Below, piece after piece: positions 29,014 to 41,689 of a stretch of 64,000 nucleotides of DNA (position 1 is its first letter; every line of letters starts with the position of its first letter). Made by a program: the position numbers and the translations under genes. Where the stretch lies: assembly GCA_964016885.1 (NCBI GenBank), contig OZ024747.1:60760001-60824000 (forward strand), given 5' to 3'. The notes beneath the pieces were generated by a model. The model did no database searches and had not been told where the DNA came from. It was given only the letters and a program-made list of their open reading frames with translations. Origin of the DNA: Eledone cirrhosa. Lineage: Eukaryota.

Positions 29014-30533
29014 CATTATGCATATATTGTAGAGGGTTGGACGCCGTGCTTTCTAGCATAGTAACGTCGCTTTACAGTCTGAGTTCAAATCCCGCCGAGG
29101 TTAACTTTGCCTTTCATCCTTACGGGGTCGATAAAATAAAGTACCAGTAATGTACTAAGTAATTGCTGGCCTTGTGCCTAAAGTAGAAACAATTATGCAT
29201 ATATTGTAATTTATATCATTATATATCATTTCATCATTTCATTTCATTTTTACGTCCGCTTTTTCCCTGCTTGCAAGGGTGGGACGGGAACTGATTCTGG
29301 TTTGATTTCTACAGCTGGATGCCCTTCCTAACACCAACCTCATTTACAGTGAGTGCTGGGTGCTTTTTTGCCGTGGCACCTCCACGACCACTTTACAGTG
29401 GTATCATCTCATTTCTACAGCTGAGTAAACTGGAGCAATGTGAAATAAAGTGTCTTGCTCAAGGAAACAACACATCACCCGGTCTGAGAATTTATATATA
29501 TATACATATATACATATATACATATATATCATCATCATTGTCATCATCATCATCACCATTTAACATTGATTTATCTATGCTAGCTTCTCTCTACTTTAAA
29601 TAAAATGATAAAATAAGAGATGAAAGATGTGATTTAATTTTACAAGGTTTCTATTGTGTATTAACATTGCAACTTTCTGTTATTTCCATGAAATGTATTA
29701 TATCTCTTGGAAGTTGCACCATTTTTGGAATACAATTAAAGAAGATAAGTCAGAATTAAAACAAGAGCCAAATATTTTCCAAAATACTTGAATGATTTGA
29801 GAAAATTTCCAATAATAAATAGCCAAAAGCCATTGATGAGAGTCACAATGAAATGTCTTTAGTGTGGTTTTTAATTTGGCCCTGGGCCTTCTGTTGAAAT
29901 TATGTAGTTTTGGTGGTGGAGATGGTAGAGTGGCAGAGAGTAAGGGAGGAAACATATGGTTAGTGAGATAGAGAGGGGGTGGGTGGGGAAGGGAGAGAGA
30001 GGAAGAGGGGTTAAGGAGAGAGAGAGGAAGAAGGACTGGGGAAGGGAGAAAGAGAGCATGGAGAAGGGAGAGAGAGAGATGGGAAAGGGGGAGAAAGGGA
30101 AAGAGATGGTGGAGAAGAGAGAGGGTGTGATGAAAGGAGACAGAGGATGGGGAAGAGAGAGAAGGGGTGAGAAAGGAAGAGAGAGGATGGGGAAGGGAGA
30201 GAGAGATTAATGCCACTGTTACTATATTTGGTTTTATTTGTCAGTATCATAAAATATAGCTTAATTGACCATCCCATTAATAATAATGGGATGCCAACCA
30301 TGACAGAGACCAACTTAGTGCTAATTTATCTTTTCATCTTTCAATAGAATTGTATCTTTAAAAGGTAACCTCCTCTCCCTGCATTCTGTACAAGGGGGTG
30401 TGGTTATTTATATTGGGCCAGTTCCACTTGTTAATCTCCATCTGTCCTCCACTATGGCAACTTACAGCAGTCTGCCCATCTCCACCCGCTACACCATATT
30501 ATTCATGTCTATATCATATATATATACACATTC

Positions 30534-30605
<72 letters not shown>

Positions 30606-31447
30606 TATATATATATATATATATAAAAACATGAGAAGAAAGAATACTGCGTGGTTGCACATGGGTTAGATATGATAAAAATAGTCCTTCATCAGTGATT
30701 TTCCAACCTTCATTGGTATTTCATCGCTTTAAATATCATATACCTCCAGTTGGTGTGAGCAATAGCTAAATAAAGCTGTTGGGACAAGTAAATCGCGTAA
30801 AGCGAGCGGGACAAGTAAACAAACATAGAAGGATAGCAATGCAAAGATAGGAAAAAACAAGCACATGGGAGTCCGATCAGCTTTAGCTGTGTGGATTTCA
30901 TGGGCAAGAGACTACAGACCGTCCGACACGAGTGAGGTGTGAGCAGGAAAAGACCCCACTACAGGCCAAACGGAAGGAAGTGAGAAGGGGAGAGTGAGTG
31001 AGTGGAAGTGCGAGGAAGAGGCCAGTCGAGAGAAAGTGTAACTGACAGAGGGGGCGAAAGAAGGTGAGAGAAACAGAGAGAGCGGGGAAGCAGTAAGATA
31101 TATATATATATAATTGTTTCTACTTTAGGCACAAGGCCAGCAATTACCCAGTGCATTACTGGTACTTTATTTTATCGACCCCGTAAGGATGAAAGGCAAA
31201 GTCAACCTCGGCGGGATTTGAACTCAGATCGTAAAGGGACGTAACTTTGCTGTAAAGCATGGCGTCCGTCCCTCCACCGATACTGCCAATCCATATATAA
31301 TAAGGGTTGACAGACCCAGCATGTTTATCAATGCCAGTACCGGTTGTATCTCAGCGCACTCAATGGGCAATGTAAGATACATTACCAGAGTATACACATA
31401 GTTATTTGCCTCAACACAACACACGTTAAACGGGTGCCTATAAGTTT

Positions 31448-31557
31448 CCGGGACTCGAGTTTCTGCCGCACTAATGCAGCAGTAGGGTGCATTGCACCAT
31501 CTGGCTGCATATATTATGCAACAATGCACAATCGGCTTATGCGACTTCATCAGCGGG
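31448..31557 (-). ncRNA. Type I hammerhead motif with a large branched stem II
   Basis: Minus strand: CCCG-CUGAUGA-A-GUCGCA...UGCGGC-A-GAAA-CUCGAG-UC-CCGG. Palindromic CUCGAG stem III, canonical GUC triplet, one mismatch in stem I. Confidence 0.66.
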
Positions 31558-32015
31558 TATCGCCTAATCAATAACCGATCGACAGAATCCAAACACCGGC
31601 CCATGCCGGTCATGACTGTTTGTGACAACCGACACGGTAAAGCTATTAGCAACTGGCACCCGATAGGACTCTATCTCTCAACTAGCCACTGATTTACAAA
31701 TTTTACGTGGGGACAGGAAGCTAAAAAGAATCAATCTTTTAGTTCCTGTCAGAAGGACCCAGCCAACGTGTCTCACACACAAATTATCAAGGGGTGAAAA
31801 GATGGCTATTAGAAATAGCAGTTCACATTGATATAAAATAGAATGGTAGCATTCGGTTCATGTCTCCAAGCCCCATGGCTAGAGGAAAGCGATGGTAACA
31901 ATGGTAGTGCCAAGAACCTTTAACGGACTTTAAATGCGATCATCCATTATATAACAATATAGTAGCGAGCTGAAATGTGTCAGCCACGTGCGTAGATAAC
32001 CAGTCTAATTCACAA

Positions 32016-32045
<30 letters not shown>

Positions 32046-32048
<3 letters not shown>

Positions 32049-32200
32049 ATACTAATAAAGCTGATGGCCGTATGTATGTAATAAACATTTTGCCAAACGG
32101 CTGAACCAAACGGCAGCAAATTTGCACCATAGATGTAACTTTTTCCAAGTAAGAAAGTGAGGGTATTTTTGTCTACTAAATTTTGTTAAAAGATTAAAGA
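32046..32200 (+). mobile_element. Probable non-autonomous Helitron 5' end
   Basis: A|TCcatactaataaagctga, short gtat repeat, aaacggctgaacc...aaatttgcac. Confidence 0.5.
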
Positions 32201-33576
32201 TATTATCTGATATTGATTCTATGAAATTTTGATATTATTTATTTTGAGAACAATGCCTTAAAGTCAGTATGATCAGTTTGTACAGAAAGAGGTGAAAGAA
32301 TTCTGGTCGGATGCAGCCAGTTTAAAAGGTTAAAGGGTTAAGGCATTCTTAGTATTCTCATTACCATTGAAAACTTTGTCTTTGGATTCTCTGTTACTAT
32401 ATTCTTGACACTGTATGGTATAGTATCATATGGGCCCATAACTCCTGAGGAGTCGTATGGGTGACTTATTGACATACAGGGTTTCTAGGGCATTTTTAAA
32501 CCTGGTGGAGCCCATCTCCTATACAGGCCTGAATACAGTAGATTTATTTTAGAGAAGGATAGAGAGAGTGAGAGAAAGATATAGAGGAAGAATCGGTCCC
32601 ATTACTAAAGTGGAACTTTCTTCATCGATCATGAATGGAGGAAAAGCAAAGTTGACCTCCGTGGGATTTGAACTCAGAGAGCAAAGAGTCGAAATGAATA
32701 CCATAAAGTATTCTATCTAACGTCCTAACAACTCTGATAACTAGCTGCCTATTCTTGACAATAACATCACTTAGTTTTCTTTAGATAAGTAAGTCATATG
32801 CTAGTAGAAACATGAAACAATCATCACCATCAACATTGTTTTTATGGTCACATTTCCTGCTGGAATAGGTTAAATGGAACATTTTGAGACCATGATTTAT
32901 GGTCTGATGGCCTTCCAGAGGTCAAACCCTTTTAATTGATTCTTACTATAATAGTTTTAAAAAAAACAAATAAAAGCAGGGTATATTTTGTTCAAATTTT
33001 TCAGACCAAAATACCTGTAACTGGCCCTGGTTCTACCATACAAGAATGTTTTCTGTGTTGTATGCTCCAATTTATACCTGGAGAGGAAATGGGCTCTGAC
33101 AGGTTTAAAAAGTGCCCCAAGCAATATTGCATGCCAATATGGCACCTCTATAACCTCATCAGGAGTTACTGGCCCATACCATACCATATTTATGTAAAAA
33201 CCTTCCATCATAATTTAATGTTCCAAACACCAACTTAATGAGAACCTTAATTATTTTTTACTAAATATCTCCAAATTCTTTATTTCCAAAATTATTTGAA
33301 AATCACGAACAAGCCTACCTTTTTTTTAGAAATTTGGTAATGATAGGTTAAATTTTCTTGGAATATGAAGAAGATATTGAAAGCGAGAGAGCTGGCACCA
33401 GTCTCCACCAAAATATGCTGTTCATTTACAAGAATGTGAGAGGTAGTTATTAGTAGTCTGATGCCATCATCCTTCACTTACAGCCAAGTGTTTTTATACA
33501 AAGAAATCCTAAATTTGTTAAACAAGATGTTTTCACCATTCAAAAACACAACATTGGTGCATTGGAATTATGCATG

Positions 33577-33634
<58 letters not shown>

Positions 33635-33769
33635 TCTACTTTTTATGTTTTTTTCTTTTTCTTTCTTTTTAACAATTTTTTTATTTGATTTTCAATTTTT
33701 CTTGCTCATTATTATTATTGTTGTTGTTGATGATGAAGTTACTGTTATTAATATTATTTATTACTATTA

Positions 33770-34388
33770 ATTGGCAGTATCAGTAGAGAGTAAGACACCA
33801 TGGACCTTTATATTCTGAGTTCAAATCCCACTGAGGTTAGCTTTGCCTTTCATCCTTACAGGGTCGATAAAATAAAGCACAGTAACGTACTGGGGTCGAT
33901 TTAATCGACTTCCCCCCCCCCAAAAAAAAAATTACTGGGCCTATAATAGAAATCTAAAATAAAGTACCAGTAATGCACTGGGTAATTGCTGGTCTTGTGC
34001 CAAAAGTAGAAACAATTATTATTGGCAGAGCATCAGACACCATGCCTAGCAGCATAGAGTTACGTCTCTTTACGTTCTGAGTTCAAATCCCATTTGCCTT
34101 TCATCCTTACAAGGTTGATAAAATAAAGTAACAGTAATGTACTGGGGTCGATTTAATTGACTTTCCCCATCCCCCAAAATTGCTGGCTTTGTGCCTATAG
34201 TAGAAATTATTATTATTATTATGAATTGGCGGTAGAGGGCCGGACGCCATGCTTTCCAGCATAGAGTTACGTCCTTTTACCGTCTGAGTTCATATCCCGT
34301 TGAGGTCAACTTACAGGGTCGATAAAATAAAGTACCAGTAATGTACTGGGTAATTGCTGGCCTTGTGCCAAAAGGTAGAAACAATTAT
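33770..34388 (+). mobile_element. Tandem cluster of family A SINEs
   Basis: Three to four partial units. Confidence 0.8.
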
Positions 34389-34396
34389 TATTATTA

Positions 34397-35717
34397 TTAG
34401 TAGTAGTAGTAGTGGTAGTGGTAGTAGTAGTAGTGGTAGTGGTAGTAGTAGTGGTGGTAGTGGTAGTAGTAGTGGTGGTAGTGGTAGTAGTATTTTTGTT
34501 GTTATTTTGGTTTATCTTATCATTAGACAATTCTAAGATTGGGCAACCTCCATCAATTAAAAATGCTCCCAACACCACCACCACCACCAACACCACCACC
34601 ACCACCACCATCACCACCAACACCACCACCACCACCACCAACACCACCACCACCACCACCAACACCACCACCACCACCACCACCACCACCACCACCACCA
34701 CCACCATCACCACCACCACCAACACCACCACCACCACCACCACCACCATCATCCTCATCACCACCATCACCATCATCATCACCACCAACACCAACACCAC
34801 CACCACCACCACCACCACCATCATCATCACCACCAACACCACCAACACCATCATCATCATCACCACCATCACCATCATCATCACCACCAACACCACCACC
34901 ACCACCACCATCACCACCACCACCATCATCATCACCACCAACACCAACACCACCAACACCACCACCACCAACACCACCACCACCACCACCAACACCACCA
35001 CCACCAACACCACCACCATCACCACCACCACCAACACCACCACCACCACCACCACCATCATCATCATCACCACCATCACCATCACCACCAACACCAACAC
35101 CACCACCACCACCACCAACACCACCACCACCATCATCATCACCACCAACACCAACACCACCAACACCACCACCACCAACACCACCACCACCACCACCACC
35201 ACCACCATCACCACCACCACCATCATCATCATCACCACCAACACCACCACCACCAACACCACCACCACCACCAACACCACCACCACCAACACCACCACCA
35301 TCATCACCACCACCACCACCACCAACACCACCACCACCACCACCATCACCACCACCACCAACACCACCACCACCACCACCACCACCATCATCATCACCAC
35401 CAACACCACCAACACCACCACCACCAACACCACCACCACCAACACCAACACCACCAACACCACCACCACCAACACCACCACCACCACCACCACCATCATC
35501 ATCACCACCACCACCACCATCATCATCACCACCAACACCAACACCACCAACACCACCACCCACCACCAACACCACCACCCACCACCAACACCACCACCAC
35601 CACCACCAACACCAACACCACCACCACCAACACCATCATCACCACCATCATCATCACCACCACCATCATCACCACCACCAACACCACCACCACCACCATC
35701 ATCACCATCACCACCAC
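34397..35717. repeat. AGT/GGT tract followed by a CAC/CAT/CAA compound trinucleotide repeat
   Basis: Triplet repeats giving poly-T/P/G/V ORFs. Confidence 0.9.
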
Positions 35718-37727
35718 TTTTTCGTTTCACGAGAATTTATTCCTTATTTTTCTTGTTGTTTTTGGTGGCATTCTTCTTCTTGTTGTTATTGTTGTTTTCC
35801 AATCTTCTCCACATTAAATTTAATTTGCCAGACTTTCCAATATCCCCCTCTCTCTCTCTCTCTCTCATTCTCTTTTCCTCACTCTCTCTATCTCTCTCGC
35901 TCTCTCTATCTCTCTCACTCTCTCTATCTCTCCCACTCTCTCTATCGCTCTCACTCTCTCTATCGCTCTCACTCTCTCTATCGCTCTCACTCTCTCTATC
36001 GCTCTCACTCTCTCTATCTCTCTCTCTCACTATCTCTTTCACTCCCTCTCTCACTCCCTCTCTCACTCACTCCCTCTCTCTCTCTCTCTCTCTCTCTTCT
36101 CACTTCTTCTATCTCTCTCTTTTCTCACTTCTTCTGTCTCTCTCTGTCTCTCACTCCCCCCCTCATATTCCATTGTCTTCCTTCTTTTTCTTTACTTTTG
36201 TTTTTATAGATTGATTTTAACCTTTTTTCTTCAAATTTTCATTATCTTCTGCCTCCCCCTTCTCCACTCATACCTGTTGCTGTGTGTACGTGTCTTGTTT
36301 CATGTATGTGTGTGTTGTTATATGTATGTGTACATGTCTTGTTATATGTATGTGTGTGTTGTTATATGTATGTGTACATGTGTTGTTATACGTATGTGTA
36401 CATGTGTTGTTATATGTATGTGGGTGTTATATGTATGTGTACATGTGTTGTTATACGTATGTGTACATGTGTTGTTATATGTATGTGTGTGTTGTTATAC
36501 GTATGTGTACATGTGTTGTTATATGTATGTATGTGTATGTGTGCTGTTAAATGTATGTGTGTGTTATTATACGTATGTGCGTGTTGTTATATGTATGTGT
36601 ACATGTGGTGTTATATGTATGTGTGTGTTGTTATATGTATGTGTACGTGTGTTATATGTATGTGTATGTATGTTGTTACATGTATGTGTAGATGTGGTGT
36701 TATATGTATGTGTGTGTTGTTATACGTATGTGTGTGTTGTTATATGTATGTGTACATGTGTTGTTATATGTATGTGTGCATGTGTTATATGTATGTGTAC
36801 GGATGTTATGTGTACGTGTGTTGTTATATGTATGTGTACATGTGTTGTTATATGTATGTGTATGAATGTTGTTATATGTGTTGTTATGTATGTATGTTTG
36901 TGTGTTGTTCTATGTATATATGTATATGTATGTGTGTTATGTACATATGTGTGTTGTTATATGTATGTATGTTGTTACGTACATATGTGTGTTGTTATGT
37001 ATATGTATGTTGTTATGTATATATGTCTGTTGTTATTTATGTGTATTGTGTGTATTGTGTTCTATATATGTGTGTTATTGCAGTTGTAGTGTTATAAGGT
37101 GTGTGGTTCAGTGGTTAGAGAGTTAGATTCTTAATAATGAGGTTGTGAGTTTGATTCTCGAACTGGGCGACGCATTGTGTCCTTGAGCAAGATACTTTAT
37201 TTTTTTATGTGCCTCCAGTTCACTCAGCTATAGAGATGAGTTGTGATGTCACTGGTGCCAAGTAATATCATTTGTCTTTCCCTTGGACAACATCTTATAT
37301 AGTGTGTGTGTATATATATAATATATTGTTTCTACTTTTGGCACAAGGCCAGCAATTATCCCAGTGTATTACTGGTACTTTATTTTATCGACGGTGTAAG
37401 GATGAAAGGCAAAGTTAACCTCGGCGGGATTTGAACTCAGATCATAAATGGCCGTAACTCTTTGCTGCAAAGCATGGCGTCTGACCCTCTACCGATACTG
37501 CCAACCCACCGCCCTTATATGTATAATATATTGTTTAGAAAACATAAGGGAAACACAAACATAAGGACAATTCTTGCTCTTCAGCTGTCTACTGTGGGTC
37601 ACTGATGTTAAATATATATATATATTAATAATAATAGTAATAATAATAAATGTGAAGACTAAAACCCGAAGAGGGCTCGATAAGGATAATTTATATATAT
37701 CAAACTATATCAAAACCATAGAGCAAA

Positions 37728-37873
37728 TATTTATTAAAATAACAGATTAAAGTTTAAGCAAAGAATCGCTGCTTTCACCCTTAACGGGATCTTCTGAAAC
37801 TGATCAAAAGATCCCGTTAACGGTGAAAGCAGCGATTCTTTGCTTAAACTTTAATCTGTTATTTTAATAAATA
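37728..37873. repeat. Near-perfect palindrome (66-bp arms, 14-nt loop); single-arm copy at about 61403-61470
   Basis: tatttattaaaataacagattaaagtttaagcaaagaatcgctgctttcacccttaacgggatctt and its reverse complement with one mismatch. Confidence 0.85.
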
Positions 37874-37881
37874 CATACATA

Positions 37882-37917
<36 letters not shown>

Positions 37918-37923
37918 CATTTA

Positions 37924-37966
<43 letters not shown>

Positions 37967-38069
37967 TTTTTATGGAAACGGGCGAAGGTTTCAAGAACAT
38001 CATCTTTGTCTGTTTCCTTGTTGCTTTAATTTGGATTGCCTCAAGAACGTAACCTTATTATGTAATGAA

Positions 38070-38144
38070 GCTGTCTGATGAGATCATGGCACTGATCAGG
38101 CGGAATCGCATGGCCACTATCGTCATTGAAATATGTATCACAGC
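38070..38144 (+). ncRNA. Type I hammerhead ribozyme motif with extended stem II
   Basis: GCUGU-CUGAUGA-[46 nt]-GAAA-UAUGUA-UC-ACAGC: perfect 5-bp stem I, intact core, short near-palindromic stem III, AUC triplet, AATAAA just downstream. Confidence 0.72.
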
Positions 38145-38217
38145 CTTATCAATAAAGGACTTTCACACCTGAAACTAGTTCACATTTTCAAATTCATATA
38201 TATATATATATATTTCT

Positions 38218-38562
38218 GGCGTCACGCAGTAATACAGAGTACCCGACCTCCCATGGGTACAAGCTGAAGCATATAGACAATATGCCCCCACACCCCCACC
38301 GCAAGGTGGTCGTGGAGGTGCCACGGCAAAAAAGCACCCAGCCCACACTGTAAAGTGGACGTGTAGGCGCCACGAAAAAGCACCCAGCACTCACTGTAAA
38401 TGAGGTTGGTGTTAGGAAGGGCATCCAGCTGTAGAAATCAAGCCAAATCAGCTCCTGTATGAGCAAAGCATGGTCAGCCGACCAGACACTGCCCACAACA
38501 GGACAACCCGTCTAACCCATACTAGCGTGGAAGAACGGACGTAAAACGGTGATGATGATGAT
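38218..38562 (+). mobile_element. Family C retroposon ending in (gat)n; 5'-shorter near-identical copy at 732-1024; diverged relatives at 1185-1645 (-), 1720-1990 (+), 20925-21240 (+)
   Basis: ggaagggcatccagctgtagaaatc...acccatgctagcgtggaagaacggacgtaaaacggtgatgatg. Confidence 0.8.
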
Positions 38563-39069
38563 GTGTGTAGAAGTAAACAGCAAACCCATGTCTAAAATCA
38601 CGAGGGTAGATTACACCACAAATATTATATATCATTCAACCTGAATCATATGGGAAGTTACAAGATTTCTCATACATACCATATCAATAACCATTTCATC
38701 TCCCGGCCAGACTAAAGATTTAATCTGTTTCGCCCTGAATGAATCGTGTTTGTAACAAGTAATCCGTAGGCATTTCGTCAGCGAGAGATAAAACTAAATG
38801 TTACATAACACCTATAACAATAAACTCACTAAAGTTTATACCTCGTGCGTTGAAAGTCATATGCGGTGTGAGTGGTTATGCTAGAAATAATAGCCTATTT
38901 ACACTCATTTTTATAAGCTCAACAGATAAGGAGCCGAATACAAATAAAATATAGAGTTATTAACTCATATAGATACCCTGCAATTAACAAACTCAAAGTA
39001 TAAATACTGAGCATTATAATATTATGTGTAGAAGTAAACACAGTAAACCCATGTCTAAAATTACTAAAT

Positions 39070-41602
39070 TATCATGGCACCAGCACTACCACTTACAGAG
39101 TGGGCTGGGTGTATTTTATCATGGCACCAGCACTACCACTTTACAGAGTGGACTGGGTGTATTTTATCATGGCACCAGCACTACCACTTACAGAGTGGGC
39201 TGGGTGTATTTTATCATGGCACCAGCACTACCACTTACAGAGTGGACTGGGTGTATTTTATCATGGCACCAGCACTACCACTTACAGAGTGGACTGGGTG
39301 TATTTTATCATGGCACCAGCACTACCACTTACAGAGTGGACTGGGTGTATTTTATCATGGCACCAGCACTACCACTTACAGAGTGGGCTGGGTGTATTTT
39401 ATCATGGCACCAGCACTACCACTTACAGAGTGGACTGGGTGTATTTTATCATGGCACCAGCACTACCACTTACAGAGTGGACTGGGTGTATTTTATCATG
39501 GCACCAGCACTACCACTTACAGAGTGGACTGGGTGTATTTTATCATGGCACCAGCACTACCACTTACAGAGTGGACTGGGTGTATTTTATCATGGCACCA
39601 GCACTACCACTTACAGAGTGGGCTGGGTGTATTTTATCATGGCACCAGCACTACCACTTACAGAGTGGACTGGGTGTATTTTATCATGGCACCAGCACTA
39701 CCACTTACAGAGTGGACTGGGTGTATTTTATCATGGCACCAGCACTACCACTTACAGAGTGGGCTGGGTGTATTTTATCATGGCACCAGCACTACCACTT
39801 ACAGAGTGGACTGGGTGTATTTTATCATGGCACCAGCACTACCACTTACAGAGTGGGCTGGGTGTATTTTATCATGGCACCAGCACTACCACTTACAGAG
39901 TGGACTGGGTGTATTTTATCATGGCACCAGCACTACCACTTACAGAGTGGACTGGGTGTATTTTATCATGGCACCAGCACTACCACTTACAGAGTGGACT
40001 GGGTGTATTTTATCATGGCACCAGCACTACCACTTACAGAGTGGGCTGGGTGTATTTTATCATGGCACCAGCACTACCACTTACAGAGTGGACTGGGTGT
40101 ATTTTATCATGGCACCAGCACTACCACTTACAGAGTGGGCTGGGTGTATTTTATCATGGCACCAGCACTACCACTTACAGAGTGGACTGGGTGTATTTTA
40201 TCATGGCACCAGCACTACCACTTACAGAGTGGGCTGGGTGTATTTTATCATGGCACCAGCACTACCACTTACAGAGTGGACTGGGTGTATTTTATCATGG
40301 CACCAGCACTACCACTTACAGAGTGGGCTGGGTGTATTTTATCATGGCACCAGCACTACCACTTACAGAGTGGACTGGGTGTATTTTATCATGGCACCAG
40401 CACTACCACTTACAGAGTGGACTGGGTGTATTTTATCATGACACCAGCACTACCACTTTACAGAGTGGGCTGGGTGTATTTTATCATGGCACCAGCACTA
40501 CCACTTTACAGAGTGGGCTGGGTGTATTTTATCATGGCACCAGCACTACCACTTTACAGAGTGGGCTGGGTGTATTTTATCATGGCACCAGCACTACCAC
40601 TTTACAGAGTGGGCTGGGTGTATTTTATCATGACACCAGCACTACCACTTTACAGAGTGGGCTGGGTGTATTTTATCATGGCACCAGCACTACCACTTTA
40701 CAGAGTGGGCTGGGTGTATTTTATCATGGCACCAGCACTACCACTTTACAGAGTGGGCTGGGTGTATTTTATCATGGCACCAGCACTACCACTTACAGAG
40801 TGGACTGGGTGTATTTTATCATGGCACCAGCACTACCACTTACAGAGTGGGCTGGGTGTATTTTATCATGGCACCAGCACTACCACTTTACAGAGTGGGC
40901 TGGGTGTATTTTATCATGGCACCAGCACTACCACTTTACAGAGTGGGCTGGGTGTATTTTATCATGACACCAGCACTACCACTTTACAGAGTGGGCTGGG
41001 TGTATTTTATCATGGCACCAGCACTACCACTTTACAGAGTGGGCTGGGTGTATTTTATCATGGCACCAGCACTACCACTTTACAGAGTGGGCTGGGTGTA
41101 TTTTATCATGGCACCAGCACTACCACTTACAGAGTGGACTGGGTGTATTTTATCATGGCACCAGCACTACCACTTACAGAGTGGGCTGGGTGTATTTTAT
41201 CATGGCACCAGCACTACCACTTACAGAGTGGACTGGGTGTATTTTATCATGGCACCAGCACTACCACTTACAGAGTGGACTGGGTGTATTTTATCATGGC
41301 ACCAGCACTACCACTTACAGAGTGGACTGGGTGTATTTTATCATGGCACCAGCACTACCACTTACAGAGTGGGCTGGGTGTATTTTATCATGGCACCAGC
41401 ACTACCACTTTACAGAGTGGGCTGGGTGTATTTTATCATGGCACCAGCACTACCACTTACAGAGTGGACTGGGTGTATTTTATCATGGCACCAGCACTAC
41501 CACTTACAGAGTGGACTGGGTGTATTTTATCATGGCACCAGCACTACCACTTACAGAGTGGACTGGGTGTATTTTATCATGGCACCAGCACTACCACTTT
41601 AC
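39070..41602. repeat. 47/48-bp tandem satellite, about 54 copies, derived from a SINE-internal unit
   Basis: atcatggcaccagcactaccactt(t)acagagtgg(a/g)ctgggtgtatttt; aligns to the 48-bp units at 1300-1645. Confidence 0.95.
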
Positions 41603-41689
41603 AATCTACTAATAAAATGTATATATACACATTCAAACCTACCACACAACAACAAAAACATTGTCCACCAATGTAGTCACAGTGGTGGG

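Noticed and set aside
34306-36214. Pro/Thr/Gly/His-rich ORFs (extensin-like)
   Set aside because: Compound CAC/CAT microsatellite.
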